Source: Candidatus Saccharimonadales bacterium
GTDB lineage: Bacteria > Patescibacteriota > Saccharimonadia > Saccharimonadales > JACDBH01
DNA: 64,000 nt
Assembly (NCBI GenBank): GCA_041752595.1
Contig: JBGSWE010000004.1
Coordinates: 23,057-87,056, forward strand
Direction: 5' to 3'
This document shows, in pieces, positions 47,046 through 55,056 of the stretch. Both the position numbers and the translations under genes were made by a program. Below the pieces are notes generated by a model. The model was not told the DNA's origin and ran no database searches. It was given only the letters and a program-made list of their open reading frames with translations. Positions within the stretch are counted from its first letter, which is position 1. Each line of letters opens with the position of its first letter.

Positions 47046-47457
47046 CTGTAATTACCCATGTTGGTATTACGTACCTTATACCCCTATATTAACGTCTTCT
47101 TCACTGAAGACACTGGCATTTATGCCAGCATGTTAGATTGTTTTAGAGCGTGCTGATTAAAGTTGTTACCCTCCACTTTCTCTTAGCGCTTCTAATTTTT
47201 TAGAAAGCGCTCTAAAACAGACTAACCCCTTTAACCCCGCACTCCCACCTCGTTTTTATTGAGGCTAATTGGCGACGTGACGGTTATACCTCGGCAGTGG
47301 GCCGGCTCGAGTAACTTTACGAGATTACTCGACTCGGAGGACTTCAAGGTGGGTTGAAGGGTGTAATTTGGGGCTTAATCTTTATGATTGAGCCTAAATA
47401 GAGACTCTAGCGGTGCCCACCCCCTCTAGAGTCTCTATTTAGTTAAGCTGATTTTCG
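47046..47457 (+). ncRNA. Candidate ~410-nt structured non-coding RNA of unknown family
   Basis: At least eight hairpins or helices lie between the promoter and a perfect 17-bp terminal stem (47394-47410 / 47426-47442). Wobble pairs favour the + strand. The longest ORF is 32 codons with no SD. Confidence 0.45.
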
Positions 47458-47482
47458 ATACTAAAGAGTTAATAATTTAAAC

Positions 47483-48118
47483 TTACAAAAATTTTCTTGT
47501 CTCTGCCGGCAACGTCTCGCCGAATATGAATTCGTTAAGAAGCGCGTTTACTTCTGTAAAAAGGGTTTTCATGTCTTGTTGCTCGGATTTAGAAAATTTT
47601 TGAAGTACAAAATTTGCACTTTCAGTTTTGTCGCTGTATTCATTTTTGATTCCTATCCTAATACGGCCAAAATCTTTACCAAGATGTGAAATAATTGATT
47701 CTACCCCGTTATTACCAGCCGAACTTCCGCCTATTCTTGTGCGAATTTGACCAAATGCTATATCTAATTCGTCATGGACTACAATTGTCTGGGCATTCGT
47801 TATCTTAAAATAGCTCTGTACGGCCTGTACAGCCCCTCCAGACAGGTTCATATAGGTTGTTGGCTTTATGAGCACTACGCGGCTTTGGCCTATCCTGAGC
47901 TCCGCCAATTGGCATTTAAGGGCTTTTTTTTGACTCCAGGTACCGTTTTCTACGGCCAAAAAGCTATCAACACATTCAAAACCGATATTATGCCTAGTTC
48001 CGTCGTATTTTGCGCCCGGGTTACCCAGTCCAACTATAAGCTTAATCTGCTCCGAACCAATACTAACAGTGTACGGAATTTCAATTTGTGGCTGTTCTTT
48101 GCGGTGAAATAATCCCAT
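47483..48118 (-). CDS. pth: Peptidyl-tRNA hydrolase
   Basis: LIVGLGNPGAKYDGTRHNIGF and the later HDELD and GHNGV-like GNNGVES are present. The N-terminus carries a 25-aa extension. Confidence 0.92.
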   Translation of the reverse strand: MGLFHRKEQPQIEIPYTVSIGSEQIKLIVGLGNPGAKYDGTRHNIGFECVDSFLAVENGTWSQKKALKCQLAELRIGQSRVVLIKPTTYMNLSGGAVQAVQSYFKITNAQTIVVHDELDIAFGQIRTRIGGSSAGNNGVESIISHLGKDFGRIRIGIKNEYSDKTESANFVLQKFSKSEQQDMKTLFTEVNALLNEFIFGETLPAETRKFL

Positions 48119-48131
48119 ATGAGAACAAGTA

Positions 48132-48166
48132 TATAGTTAATAGATGATAGTTAATAGATGATAGTT
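48132..48166. repeat. Five tandem heptads (TATAGTT AATAGAT GATAGTT AATAGAT GATAGTT), i.e. 2.5 copies of a 14-mer, just upstream of pth
   Basis: The exact 14-mer AATAGATGATAGTT occurs at 48139-48152 and 48153-48166. Its reverse complement AACTATCATCTATT also occurs at 25758-25771. Confidence 0.6.
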
Positions 48167-48175
48167 TCAGATGGT

Positions 48176-48718
48176 CTATTCATCTACTTCGGCGGCTTCG
48201 GCTGCGTCCCAAATTTCTACCTGACGGGCGTGGTATCTAAGTAGTGCGACAAAACCAAGCCATGAAGCCAAAATTATCGGCATAATCCATAGAAAAATAG
48301 AAATTCTATCTGGGCGGTTATCGTTCAGATTACGTGCATAGTTTGGATTATCGGTAAAATAACCAACTTTTATAGTTTGGCCTGTGGAGTATTTCATGCC
48401 GTCATTTATTTGTTGGCGGACGCTTTTAGCCTGGCCGTCATTAGTTTCAAAATCAAAAGTTATAAATGTACCAATCGTACCAATTGAATCTGTTCTACCA
48501 CTACTTACATTCGTAACCTCGCCAGATGTTTGGGTAAGGTTGCCAGGATTAAATTTGGCAAACCATATTAATGCGCCGGCTAGGACACAGATTGCTGCAA
48601 TTAAACACGCAACCGACACAGTGGTATGTTTAATAAGTGGATCATGCTCGATGTCATCAACTAGTTGCTTGTAATAAACCTTAGAAATATTTGTCTTAGG
48701 CATAACGCGTGCGTGCAT
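48176..48718 (-). CDS. DUF3592-like membrane protein
   Basis: It has a TM (VSVACLIAAICVLAGALIWF), a beta-rich middle region and a C-terminal TM (IFLWIMPIILASWLGFVALL). Confidence 0.55.
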   Translation of the reverse strand: MHARVMPKTNISKVYYKQLVDDIEHDPLIKHTTVSVACLIAAICVLAGALIWFAKFNPGNLTQTSGEVTNVSSGRTDSIGTIGTFITFDFETNDGQAKSVRQQINDGMKYSTGQTIKVGYFTDNPNYARNLNDNRPDRISIFLWIMPIILASWLGFVALLRYHARQVEIWDAAEAAEVDE

Positions 48719-48755
48719 ACCACAATCGTATCATGATTATGCTTGATTGTATCTG

Positions 48756-50189
48756 TTATTTTTCGTTTTTACTGGGAGAATCTTTGTAGCGGCCTTTGGG
48801 GATTTGATCCGGACGAAGATGTTTTTTCCAGTCTAGTGTATCTTCTTTTTTGGTGCCGTGGACGCGAGGGGTGTGCTGGTCGATGTACCAGAATTTGATA
48901 GCTGTGCCTTCAAAGCCAAATGTTTCTCTAAAAGTACGCTCCATATGACGGCGATATGACCAGTGAAGGTATTTTAGCTGGGAACCAAACACTTTAAAGC
49001 TAGGGTACGGCATGCCTTCTTCTTGTACTACGTAGCGTAGTTTTGGTTGGCGGTTTTTAAGGCCAGCTGGTGGGTGTCTGTCTGTAGTTTTGTGTAGCCA
49101 GTTGTTGAGCTCGGTTGTTTTGACTCTTTTGGCACGCATATCGGCAATTTCTAGAACAATATCAAATATTTTTGATACGTTTTGCCCCGTAACACTACTG
49201 GTTACGATCATTGGCGCCCAAGGTACAAACTGAAAATCACGCTTAATTGTCGGGGTTAATTTGTCATGGGTCCATGCGTCTTTGTCTTCTAGTGCGTCCC
49301 ATTTACTAATAATTATCACCATCCCCTTGTGGGATTCAGAAATCATACCGGCGATTTTTTGGTCTAGCTGAACGCTAGATTCGTTAACGTCTACTAAAAG
49401 CAAACAAATATCGGCCTCTTCAATTGCGCTTAAAGATCGAATCACACTAAATTTTTCTACACCTCTTTCGATGCGTCCGCTTCTGCGTATACCAGCAGTA
49501 TCAAGTAACTCAATTTCGCGTTGCATGTACTTGACTGCAGTTCGGTTGACATCGCGGGTAGTGCCTGCTCTATCAGCAACAATCGCCTGTTGTTTTTTAG
49601 CTAGTGCATTAAATAGTTGTGATTTACCAACATTTGGTCTGCCCAAGATAGCTAGGGTTATGCGGTCGTCAGCTTCATTAATGCTTGCTTGAGGCAACAT
49701 ACTGGTTGTGTATTCAAACAGTTCTTCTAACCCAACACTTTGAGTGACTGAAATCATAAAAATGTCTTTTATACCGAGACGTTGGTAATCTTCGGGTTTA
49801 GCTTTGCGGGCTTGATCTGCCTTATTTACAGCCAAAATAACAGGTTTACGGGTTTTTAGCGCCATCGTAGCAACTCTTCGGTCTTCTTCTGTTAGCGTAA
49901 CTGGCGCTTCGATCATAACGATTATAACGTCTGCTGCATCAGCTGCTTGCATAATCTGTTCCTGAATCGTGAATTCAAAATCATCTTCTGCTGTTTTGAG
50001 GCCAGCGGTGTCTACTAGCCAGAAATCTTTGCCCTCAAAACTCGCTTTGCCGTACAAGCTATCGCGAGTAGTACCAGGTTCGTTAGCAATAATAGCCTCT
50101 CGTTTATGCAGGACCGCATTGAACAAGCTGGATTTACCAACATTAGCTCGGCCTACAATTGCTACAATCGGGACTTTGTTTTTACTCAT
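48756..50189 (-). CDS. der: Ribosome-associated GTPase Der (EngA)
   Basis: Two G domains (GRANVGKSSLFN, DTAG, NKAD; GRPNVGKSQLFN, DTAG, SKWD) are followed by a KH-like C-terminus. The start was set at the ATG at 50189 because a TTTACA-17-TATAAT promoter (50200-50228) lies inside the longer ORF. Confidence 0.94.
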   Translation of the reverse strand: MSKNKVPIVAIVGRANVGKSSLFNAVLHKREAIIANEPGTTRDSLYGKASFEGKDFWLVDTAGLKTAEDDFEFTIQEQIMQAADAADVIIVMIEAPVTLTEEDRRVATMALKTRKPVILAVNKADQARKAKPEDYQRLGIKDIFMISVTQSVGLEELFEYTTSMLPQASINEADDRITLAILGRPNVGKSQLFNALAKKQQAIVADRAGTTRDVNRTAVKYMQREIELLDTAGIRRSGRIERGVEKFSVIRSLSAIEEADICLLLVDVNESSVQLDQKIAGMISESHKGMVIIISKWDALEDKDAWTHDKLTPTIKRDFQFVPWAPMIVTSSVTGQNVSKIFDIVLEIADMRAKRVKTTELNNWLHKTTDRHPPAGLKNRQPKLRYVVQEEGMPYPSFKVFGSQLKYLHWSYRRHMERTFRETFGFEGTAIKFWYIDQHTPRVHGTKKEDTLDWKKHLRPDQIPKGRYKDSPSKNEK

Positions 50190-50199
50190 AATTACAACC

Positions 50200-50228
50200 A
50201 TTATAACAGAGGTATAGACTATTGTAAA
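50200..50228 (-). promoter_or_regulatory. Sigma-70-like promoter (TTTACA-17-TATAAT) 10 nt upstream of the der ATG
   Basis: Read on the minus strand: -35 at 50228-50223 and -10 at 50205-50200. Confidence 0.5.
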
Positions 50229-50283
50229 CACAAAAATTAAATGTTATAATTATATAAATAAATTTTACGAGTTATCTATTTAA

Positions 50284-52188
50284 ATGAACAAAGAAGAAGT
50301 ATTTGAGTCTGCAGTAACTCAAAACGAAGCTGCTATTTCTGAATTTGATGGTCTAGTTGAGTATGCGGTCGAGGTATGTTTAACCAACCCGGACGAATAC
50401 TTCAGGCGATTTAATGAGCGAGCTAAGGAGCTAGAAGCTTCAAAAGACCAACGCCCAGACCTATGGAAATCGCGCGCAGAACTAGAGCTACAATTTAATG
50501 GTGCCGTTCATGGGTTTAAGGTTGAGGGTTGGCCGAGTTGTCATGATATTGTTTCTGACCCAGAACCGTATTTGCCGCCTTCGGATCATATAGTTCAAGC
50601 TAAAATAGAAGCCTTTGGATCAGCAATTTTAGATGAAGCCTTTTTATGTTTGGGTGAAGATGCTCCAGAACAAGCCGCAAAATATGCATCTGCTACCACT
50701 GAAAAAGAACGTAACAAGGTTCAAATTTGGCTATACAACAGAATTATGGAAATTACTATCCTCCATGAAGAGCGTGAGGAAGAAAGATTAAAAGAGAGAA
50801 TAAAAGTATTAGCCGAAGTCTTCGGTAAAGAAGCCGAAGCTTTTGCGGCTTATTTTAAAACTGTAGATAACGAAGACATTACCGTAGAAGAAGTTGTTGA
50901 AGAAGTTAAAAATCCAGAATTAAATGAATGGATAAGGGCAGAGACAAATGTTCCAGAGATTTTTCACCCGGCAAGACTCAGTCCGAAACTTATAGGGGTT
51001 TATCCAGATAGCAAACTCGACCCAACTTGTTTGTCTAAATCTATTTTAGTATCTTCGTTTTTTGAAAAAGCTGGCGTTCCGTACTTACACGCCGGAGTTA
51101 TGCAGACTGCACCAGAAATTGGCAGGCTCGTTCAGCAGTTGTCCGTAGAAAACATCCTTTTATATGCATATAGAAATGGCATAAAATTACCAGACGATGT
51201 CTTAATGCTAATTGATGGTGTGGCTAGTGCATATAATCAAGTTGTTGAGAGTCAAAATAGTTTTCATGCTGCAGTAGTTGCTAAAGTTGCAGAAAAATAC
51301 TGGAGTTTAATTGATCCTAACTATGATGTATTGGTTGGTATTGAAGAGGAAGAATCGGAGCATTTAGAGGATATTCATCAAAAACTTGGTAATATTGCCG
51401 TTACTCAACCAGGTGTTGAGGTGGCTCTGCTTCAAGGATCTGCATATAATTTATCAGTGTTTTCTTCTGGGGTTAGTGGTGTTTTGCGTGAGTCACAAAA
51501 ACCCGAGGAACTGAAACCGGTCTTATTAGATATCGCAGAGAGCGATCAACCTATGCAGGAATTAAAAGACTATTTACTAAGTCGAATCACCGGTACTCAT
51601 ATTGGATTCGATAGAATGACTCACGCCGAAGTATATGACTTCTTTGTGGACGCTCTTTTAGGTGATAGAACAAATAAATCACAAGCCAAAATTGACTACA
51701 TTGATAAAATCCTGAACGATGCAATCACCACATATGTTTTTACTGATTTAGAAACAGAAGGCATAGAAAAGTGCATGAATAGATTAAAGAGTGACAATGC
51801 GTATCTAGTTAGGCGTACAGAAGACATTCGGATGGCTCCAGCTTACGTTACCATGAGAATATTATCTAATGTAGTAAATATGCTGATAAGACAGCCAGAA
51901 GTCTTAAAATTGCCCCATCTATCGATGGAACTTGGATTGCCGGCTTATAGAATAGGGGCATGTGTGCTAAGCGACTTCGATCTTTATAGCGGTGGCAATT
52001 TGCCTTTTAGTTTTTGGGCTAGCAATTGGGCCAGCTATGTTAATTTTGGAAATCACACTCCAGCAATTGAGGACGTAGTGCAGCATGAAATGGCTTCAAA
52101 ATTGTTTCAGGCTACAGATACAGACCTTTTGTCATATTTGTCATGTGGTGGTATAATAAGGAAGTCCCTCGAGCAAAAGGAGCATTAA
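50284..52188 (+). CDS. Large cytoplasmic protein with a transglutaminase-like Cys-His-Asp core
   Basis: DPTCLSKSILVSSFFEKAGVPYLHAGV matches G.C..fa.l...l.ra.GiPar.v.G. FHAAVVAKVAEKYWSLIDPN matches HAWvEv...g.W..lDPt. Both were matched by eye. Confidence 0.5.
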   Translation: MNKEEVFESAVTQNEAAISEFDGLVEYAVEVCLTNPDEYFRRFNERAKELEASKDQRPDLWKSRAELELQFNGAVHGFKVEGWPSCHDIVSDPEPYLPPSDHIVQAKIEAFGSAILDEAFLCLGEDAPEQAAKYASATTEKERNKVQIWLYNRIMEITILHEEREEERLKERIKVLAEVFGKEAEAFAAYFKTVDNEDITVEEVVEEVKNPELNEWIRAETNVPEIFHPARLSPKLIGVYPDSKLDPTCLSKSILVSSFFEKAGVPYLHAGVMQTAPEIGRLVQQLSVENILLYAYRNGIKLPDDVLMLIDGVASAYNQVVESQNSFHAAVVAKVAEKYWSLIDPNYDVLVGIEEEESEHLEDIHQKLGNIAVTQPGVEVALLQGSAYNLSVFSSGVSGVLRESQKPEELKPVLLDIAESDQPMQELKDYLLSRITGTHIGFDRMTHAEVYDFFVDALLGDRTNKSQAKIDYIDKILNDAITTYVFTDLETEGIEKCMNRLKSDNAYLVRRTEDIRMAPAYVTMRILSNVVNMLIRQPEVLKLPHLSMELGLPAYRIGACVLSDFDLYSGGNLPFSFWASNWASYVNFGNHTPAIEDVVQHEMASKLFQATDTDLLSYLSCGGIIRKSLEQKEH

Positions 52189-52191
52189 AAA

Positions 52192-52362
52192 ATGAATGAA
52201 AGTGATTTGGAAGCCGTCATCAAGCACTCCGGCGTCGGCAAAAGAACTGCTGCCAGGCTGAGAAAATCAAGCGAAATCTTGGCAGGTGGCACACCCGCCA
52301 AGCCAACTCGCACCGGTCACGGATCTTCCCGTCTCGACAACACACCCGTGCCGTCGATGTAG
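52192..52362 (+). CDS. Possible 56-aa basic peptide with an HhH-like motif (GVGKRTAARL)
   Basis: The ATG lies 3 nt after the upstream stop with AAGGAG 11 nt upstream (AAGGAG 52175-52180, ATG 52192). The tract is noticeably GC-richer than its surroundings. The ORF is below the track cutoff. Confidence 0.3.
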   Translation: MNESDLEAVIKHSGVGKRTAARLRKSSEILAGGTPAKPTRTGHGSSRLDNTPVPSM

Positions 52363-52583
52363 ACAACTCACTCTGGACGCGTGGCAGCCTGCTAAAACAT
52401 TTACGTAATCTACGTAAACGCAATAAACAGGCTGCCACAACTCCAATCATTCATTTACACCATTTCCTTTTCACAACCAAACAATTTTTCGCTCGCCTAC
52501 CCACCCTCATTTCCTGGCTTGAGCCACATTTTTTTATGGTTGTTGCTCGAGGTTTTTTCTTTTGTTAATAAAGAAGTCTATTG

Positions 52584-53243
52584 TTAAATATGTTTGTAAT
52601 CGCCAAGCTTCAAAGAATCTAGATTATAAGGTCCAAAATCGGTTCGGTGTAGGCTTGTGACTCGATAACCAAGAGCGGAGAAGGTGCGACGAATTTGGCG
52701 GTTGCGACCCTCAGTCATTGTAACTTCCCAAATTTTTGCGTCCGAATCTATTTTGGTTAGCATTAGCTTACTATTTCCATCTATAAGATTAATGCCATGA
52801 TCAGAAATCATTTGTTGATGAATTGGCTCAAGTGCATTGTTTAGGTTAACTATATATTTTTTTTGCTTTTGGTAGCGCGGGTGGGTTAGTTGATTTGCTA
52901 GCTCGCCGTCATTTGTGAACATAAGTAGTCCTGAAGAATCTTTGTCTAATCTGCCTACGCAGTTGAGATGACTAAACCTCCCTGGTAATAGTTCGTATAC
53001 GGTTTTACTGCCCTGGCCCTCCCTTGAGCAGACGTAACCTATCGGTTTATTCATTATAAGCGTAAGTATATTGCCACTGGGTGTAATAACAGAGTTGTCG
53101 AGGGTCACAACGTCAGAATCGATAACCATATCGCCTAGTTTTGCTAAAGTATTATTTATCTCTACCCTGCCATCTGACACAGCAGTATCTGCAGATCTAC
53201 GGCTCAGGTTGGTGTATTGTGCAAGGAACTTATTGAGTCTCAT
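52584..53243 (-). CDS. Pseudouridine synthase, RsuA/RluB family
   Basis: It has an S4 domain (MRLNKFLAQYTNLSRRSADTAVSDGRVEIN), the catalytic motif GRLDKDSSGLL, and REGRNRQIRR-like EGRNRQIRRTF. Confidence 0.9.
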   Translation of the reverse strand: MRLNKFLAQYTNLSRRSADTAVSDGRVEINNTLAKLGDMVIDSDVVTLDNSVITPSGNILTLIMNKPIGYVCSREGQGSKTVYELLPGRFSHLNCVGRLDKDSSGLLMFTNDGELANQLTHPRYQKQKKYIVNLNNALEPIHQQMISDHGINLIDGNSKLMLTKIDSDAKIWEVTMTEGRNRQIRRTFSALGYRVTSLHRTDFGPYNLDSLKLGDYKHI

Positions 53244-53345
53244 TACTCTAGTCTAGGGTTCATAAGGTTTAAAGTCCATAAGCTAAGACACCAGTCATCA
53301 CTCTAGTACTTATGACTTATTAACTTTTTACTCTCCGTAGCTTTG

Positions 53346-55010
53346 CTACAACGCTATTAGGTTGGGGTCTTGACCTTCTGGGTGGGCCTGTTGGCCGGGT
53401 GCGGGAGGTTGAGCCGGTGGAGGTGTAACACCTGCGCTACCAAGTATGTTGGCTACTTCTTCTTTTTCTTTTTCTTTTTCTAATAAAGCGTTAAGATCAG
53501 GTTTTTGGAAGACATCATTTATTGGGTGAATGACTTTCTTGCCTGCAACACCACTTTCTGGATAATCGGCTGATTCTAGCTTTTCATCTGCTTGAGTAGC
53601 TGGTTCCGGCGCGGCAACAACATCTGGAGTAGCGGGAGCGGCTTGTTCCGGCGCGGCGTTTTCGGTTGCCATGCTTCTAGTTTTTATTACATTGTTGGAG
53701 GTGTCTTCTGTGACCGTTTCTGTAGTTGATGGTTCGCTCACTTCTGGTGCGCTTGTAGCTGGTTCTGGTACAGGAGTAACAGGAGTAGGATCATCTGATG
53801 GCAGTATTAGATCTTTTTTCTCGATGTTATCAGTTTCTGTTCCCTCAACTTCAACTGCATTATTTTTTAAAAAATCTTCAATCTGATTTTCTACGGTGTG
53901 TTGTTCATCTTCTGTTGTTGGGGCAGATTTTACCTGCTCCTCTGGAGTGGGCAGAGTTAGTTCGGGTACTACGTCTTCTGTTTCTGTTGTTTCTTCTTCG
54001 GTTGTAGTTTCTTGTACGGGTGGTTCGGGCGTTGGGGCGGTAGTAGCATCTAATTCATCAGTTTTTTTTTCTGCAGATTCGTCTGGTGAATCTAATTCTT
54101 CACCAGCTTCTGAAGCAGACTCAAGTGCTGCTGCAGCTTCTTCTAGTGCCTTGCTATCTACAGGAGTAGCAACTGTAGCTGGTTCCTCAATTGTAGAAGT
54201 AGGTACAACAGGTTCTGGTGTTGGTTCTGTTGTTTCGACTGGAGCTGATACAAATGCAGGTTCTGGCTCTGAGACTGTTGAAGTTGGGGCAACGGGCTCT
54301 GCCTCTGCTACCGTAGAAGTAGGTACAACAGGTTCTGGTGCCGGGACAGCGTCAACTGTAGTAGTTTCTGAGGCTGGCACAGGACCGGCGATTTCTTGGA
54401 CGGGAGGTTCGATTGGTGGAGTAGCCAATGCAGCTGGTTCTGGTTGTGCTGCAACTTTTGAATCGTCAGTTAATGGAGGTTCTACGACCGGTGATGCAAC
54501 GACTGGTGGCTGTACTGGAGGCTCAGTTGGAGGTTCTGCGACTGGTGATGCAACGACTGGTACTACAGGAGCGGCTGGTTCTGGAGTTGTAGCTACTGCA
54601 GGTTGTGTTGTGGTAGTATCTGTCTGTTGCGCAGTTGCATCACCACCCTCTAAAACTTCTCTGGCAACACGAGCAACGTCTTCTAGGGTTACCTGTGACT
54701 TCACTAAGTACTTATCGGCCCCAAGTTTATCGGCCCGGTCTTTGTCTTCTGCTTGTGATAAGGCTGTCATCATTATGACTTTTGTATTCTTAGTCTCCGG
54801 AGTAGTACGCAGGATATCTAGCATGTCAAAGCCACTGATCTTGGGCATCATTACGTCTGAAATAATTAGGTCAGGCTTTTCTCGAACAGCTAGCGCTAGC
54901 GCTTCTTCACCATCATGGGCGGAAACGATTTCGTAACCTTCTGCGAGCAATCTAGCCTCGTAGATTTCTCTTAGATTGTTATCGTCCTCGACGAGCATTA
55001 TTTTTGCCAT
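53346..55010 (-). CDS. Response regulator receiver domain fused to a ~430-aa Pro/Glu/Thr/Ala/Val-rich low-complexity tail
   Basis: The receiver contains MLVEDDNN, DLIISDVMMP, MTA and LVKS. The tail contains repeated PEPVVPTSTV/EPVAPTSTV units, including a DNA repeat GTAGAAGTAGGTACAACAGGTTCTGGTG at about 54193 and about 54313. Confidence 0.85.
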   Translation of the reverse strand: MAKIMLVEDDNNLREIYEARLLAEGYEIVSAHDGEEALALAVREKPDLIISDVMMPKISGFDMLDILRTTPETKNTKVIMMTALSQAEDKDRADKLGADKYLVKSQVTLEDVARVAREVLEGGDATAQQTDTTTTQPAVATTPEPAAPVVPVVASPVAEPPTEPPVQPPVVASPVVEPPLTDDSKVAAQPEPAALATPPIEPPVQEIAGPVPASETTTVDAVPAPEPVVPTSTVAEAEPVAPTSTVSEPEPAFVSAPVETTEPTPEPVVPTSTIEEPATVATPVDSKALEEAAAALESASEAGEELDSPDESAEKKTDELDATTAPTPEPPVQETTTEEETTETEDVVPELTLPTPEEQVKSAPTTEDEQHTVENQIEDFLKNNAVEVEGTETDNIEKKDLILPSDDPTPVTPVPEPATSAPEVSEPSTTETVTEDTSNNVIKTRSMATENAAPEQAAPATPDVVAAPEPATQADEKLESADYPESGVAGKKVIHPINDVFQKPDLNALLEKEKEKEEVANILGSAGVTPPPAQPPAPGQQAHPEGQDPNLIAL

Positions 55011-55056
55011 AATTTGTTACATATTCCTTTTTGTAATGCTTATGATTGTTATTGTA

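Noticed and set aside
47140-47218. On the minus strand this reads GTTTTAGAGCG...CGCTCTAAAAC. It recalls type II CRISPR repeat and tracrRNA anti-repeat sequences (GTTTTAGAGC...).
   Set aside because: Only one inverted pair exists, with no repeat-spacer periodicity. There is no cas gene anywhere in the window and no nexus or terminator hairpin pattern. I treat it as one helix of the candidate ncRNA.
46906-47482. Whether the structured locus is tmRNA, RNase P RNA, SRP RNA, 6S RNA or a known riboswitch.
   Set aside because: By eye it has no GGGG 5' end pairing with a ...CCACCA 3' end, no T-arm GGTTCGA and no alanine-rich tag frame. It also lacks GGAAAGTCC/ACAGAA P4 strands and a GGAA-capped domain IV with AGCA. 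The CTGGCATTTATGCCAGC hairpin resembles the TPP aptamer P5, but the CTGAGA and ACCC elements are absent or in the wrong order. It needs cmscan to be sure.
52220-52450. A 76-aa minus-strand Arg/Cys-rich ORF.
   Set aside because: Its composition is implausible and it has no start context. It lies antisense to the better-supported, SD-preceded small + strand ORF.
53896-54936. A 346-aa + strand ORF rich in G/S/T/V.
   Set aside because: It is the antisense shadow of the low-complexity tail of the response regulator 53346-55010, with no start context and a composition-driven open frame.
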